The notes under the pieces: model-generated
The model's input: only the letters and a program-made list of their open reading frames with translations
Told to the model about the DNA's origin: nothing
Databases searched by the model: none
Part shown: positions 63,115 to 64,000 of the stretch, piece after piece
Layout: each line of letters starts with the position of its first letter
How positions within the stretch are numbered: position 1 is the stretch's first letter
Virus record (IMG/VR): IMGVR_UViG_3300013121_000017
Span: 160,001-224,000 of that record
DNA length: 64,000 bases
Source of the DNA: a virus
Taxonomy: Duplodnaviria > Caudoviricetes
Strand: one strand, 5' to 3'
Program-made: the position numbers and the translations under genes

Positions 63115-64000
63115 ATGAACGAAGTTTCTACGAGCAACAAGAGCCTGTCCTTGTTGGACCGCGTTGCCGGACGATATGACCGCCGGCAGTTCCAGAAGCT
63201 CAACGAGGAAATGACCTTCGCGGAGTATCTGGACCGGGTCCAGAAAAACCCACGCATCGCCCGTTCCGCTTACCAGCGAATCTTCGACATGATCATGTCG
63301 AAGGGTTCCTACACCTACGAGCGGTATCGCAAGACCCTCACCCACTACAACTTCTTCGATGACGACGAGATTCCGATCTTCGACCTCGAAGACACGCTGG
63401 ACGAGTTCGTCAAGTTCATCAAGGGTGCTGCCGGCTGCTACGGCACTGAGAAGCGTATTCTGCTTCTGCACGGGCCGGTAGGCTCGGCCAAGTCCACCAT
63501 CCTCCGTTTGCTCAAGAAGGGCTTGGAGCGGTACAGCCGCACCGATGAAGGTGCGTGGTACACCTACAAGTGGGTGAACCTGCCGACTGGTTCGGACGGC
63601 ATCTACACGCACACCGAAGACGAATGCCCGATGAACGAAGACCCGCTCAAGCTCATCCCGCTTGATCTGCGGCGTCAGTTGATCAACGAACTCAATATCA
63701 CGCTGCTTGACAGCGTGCCGGAAGATCAGAAGGCAACGCAGTACACCCTCCAGACCAAGGGCGAACTGAACCCGCGTTGCAAGAAGTTCATGAACGAGCT
63801 TCTGAAGAAGTACGAGGGCGACTGGAAGAAGGTGGTCGAGAACCACATCGTCGTGATCCGCAAGGTTCACTCGGAAGCCGACCGAGTCGGCATCGCAACC
63901 TTCCAGCCGAAGGACGAGAAGAACCAAGACTCGACCGAACTGACGGGCGACATCAACTTCGCCAAGATCCCGCACTTCGGATCGGACTCTGACGCCCGCG
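63115..64000 (+). CDS. PrkA/YeaG family serine protein kinase (partial, runs off the window)
   Basis: AAGGAG RBS; MTFAEYL..P.IARSAYQR, LLHGPVGSAKST, CPMNEDPL, GIATFQPKDEKNQD. Confidence 0.9.
   Translation, partial: MNEVSTSNKSLSLLDRVAGRYDRRQFQKLNEEMTFAEYLDRVQKNPRIARSAYQRIFDMIMSKGSYTYERYRKTLTHYNFFDDDEIPIFDLEDTLDEFVKFIKGAAGCYGTEKRILLLHGPVGSAKSTILRLLKKGLERYSRTDEGAWYTYKWVNLPTGSDGIYTHTEDECPMNEDPLKLIPLDLRRQLINELNITLLDSVPEDQKATQYTLQTKGELNPRCKKFMNELLKKYEGDWKKVVENHIVVIRKVHSEADRVGIATFQPKDEKNQDSTELTGDINFAKIPHFGSDSDAR

Noticed and set aside
1-64000. Bacterial chromosome origin of the window
   Set aside because: gp32/UvsX/UvsW/gp41-type genes, T4-like late motifs, multiple HNHs, and isolated host-like genes among many small ORFans indicate a jumbo phage

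Overview
This is a gene-dense segment of a T4-like jumbo (huge) phage genome. The host is probably a planctomycete; that is inferred from CsrA and from secreted Pro/Gly-rich and CxxCH proteins. The replication and recombination block holds a gp41/DnaB helicase, gp32-like SSB, UvsX, UvsY-like, UvsW-like, Dda-like and Hel308-like proteins, and a short family A polymerase. Other genes cover nucleotide metabolism (ThyX, dCMP deaminase, dNMP kinase, Nudix), translation (MetRS, Map, CCA enzyme, CsrA, one tRNA), sugar/envelope functions (WbqC, GT2s, HldE, LpxH-like), GlpX, Hsp20, PrkA and several HNH nucleases. Five signals stand out. (1) Scattered genes are built from pieces of virion structural proteins: a 445-aa ORF that is a shuffled mosaic of portal (gp20) motifs, three genes that look like consecutive pieces of the major capsid protein (one is the Gol region alone), and a divergent tail-tube paralog. 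They may be a decoy or interference system. (2) A ~490-nt structured noncoding transcript lies upstream of a thumb-less PolA, and its 5' ACUACC repeats recur in the SSB leader. (3) A tRNA has a UAU anticodon on a long-variable-arm body and is interlocked with an HNH gene. (4) About 10 proteins, including the CCA enzyme, begin with T4 capsid-targeting-like sequences, many behind TANATA promoters. (5) A candidate sRNA carries an anti-Shine-Dalgarno sequence matching the adjacent secreted cytochrome-c operon. All homology calls come from motif recognition by eye; no searches were run.
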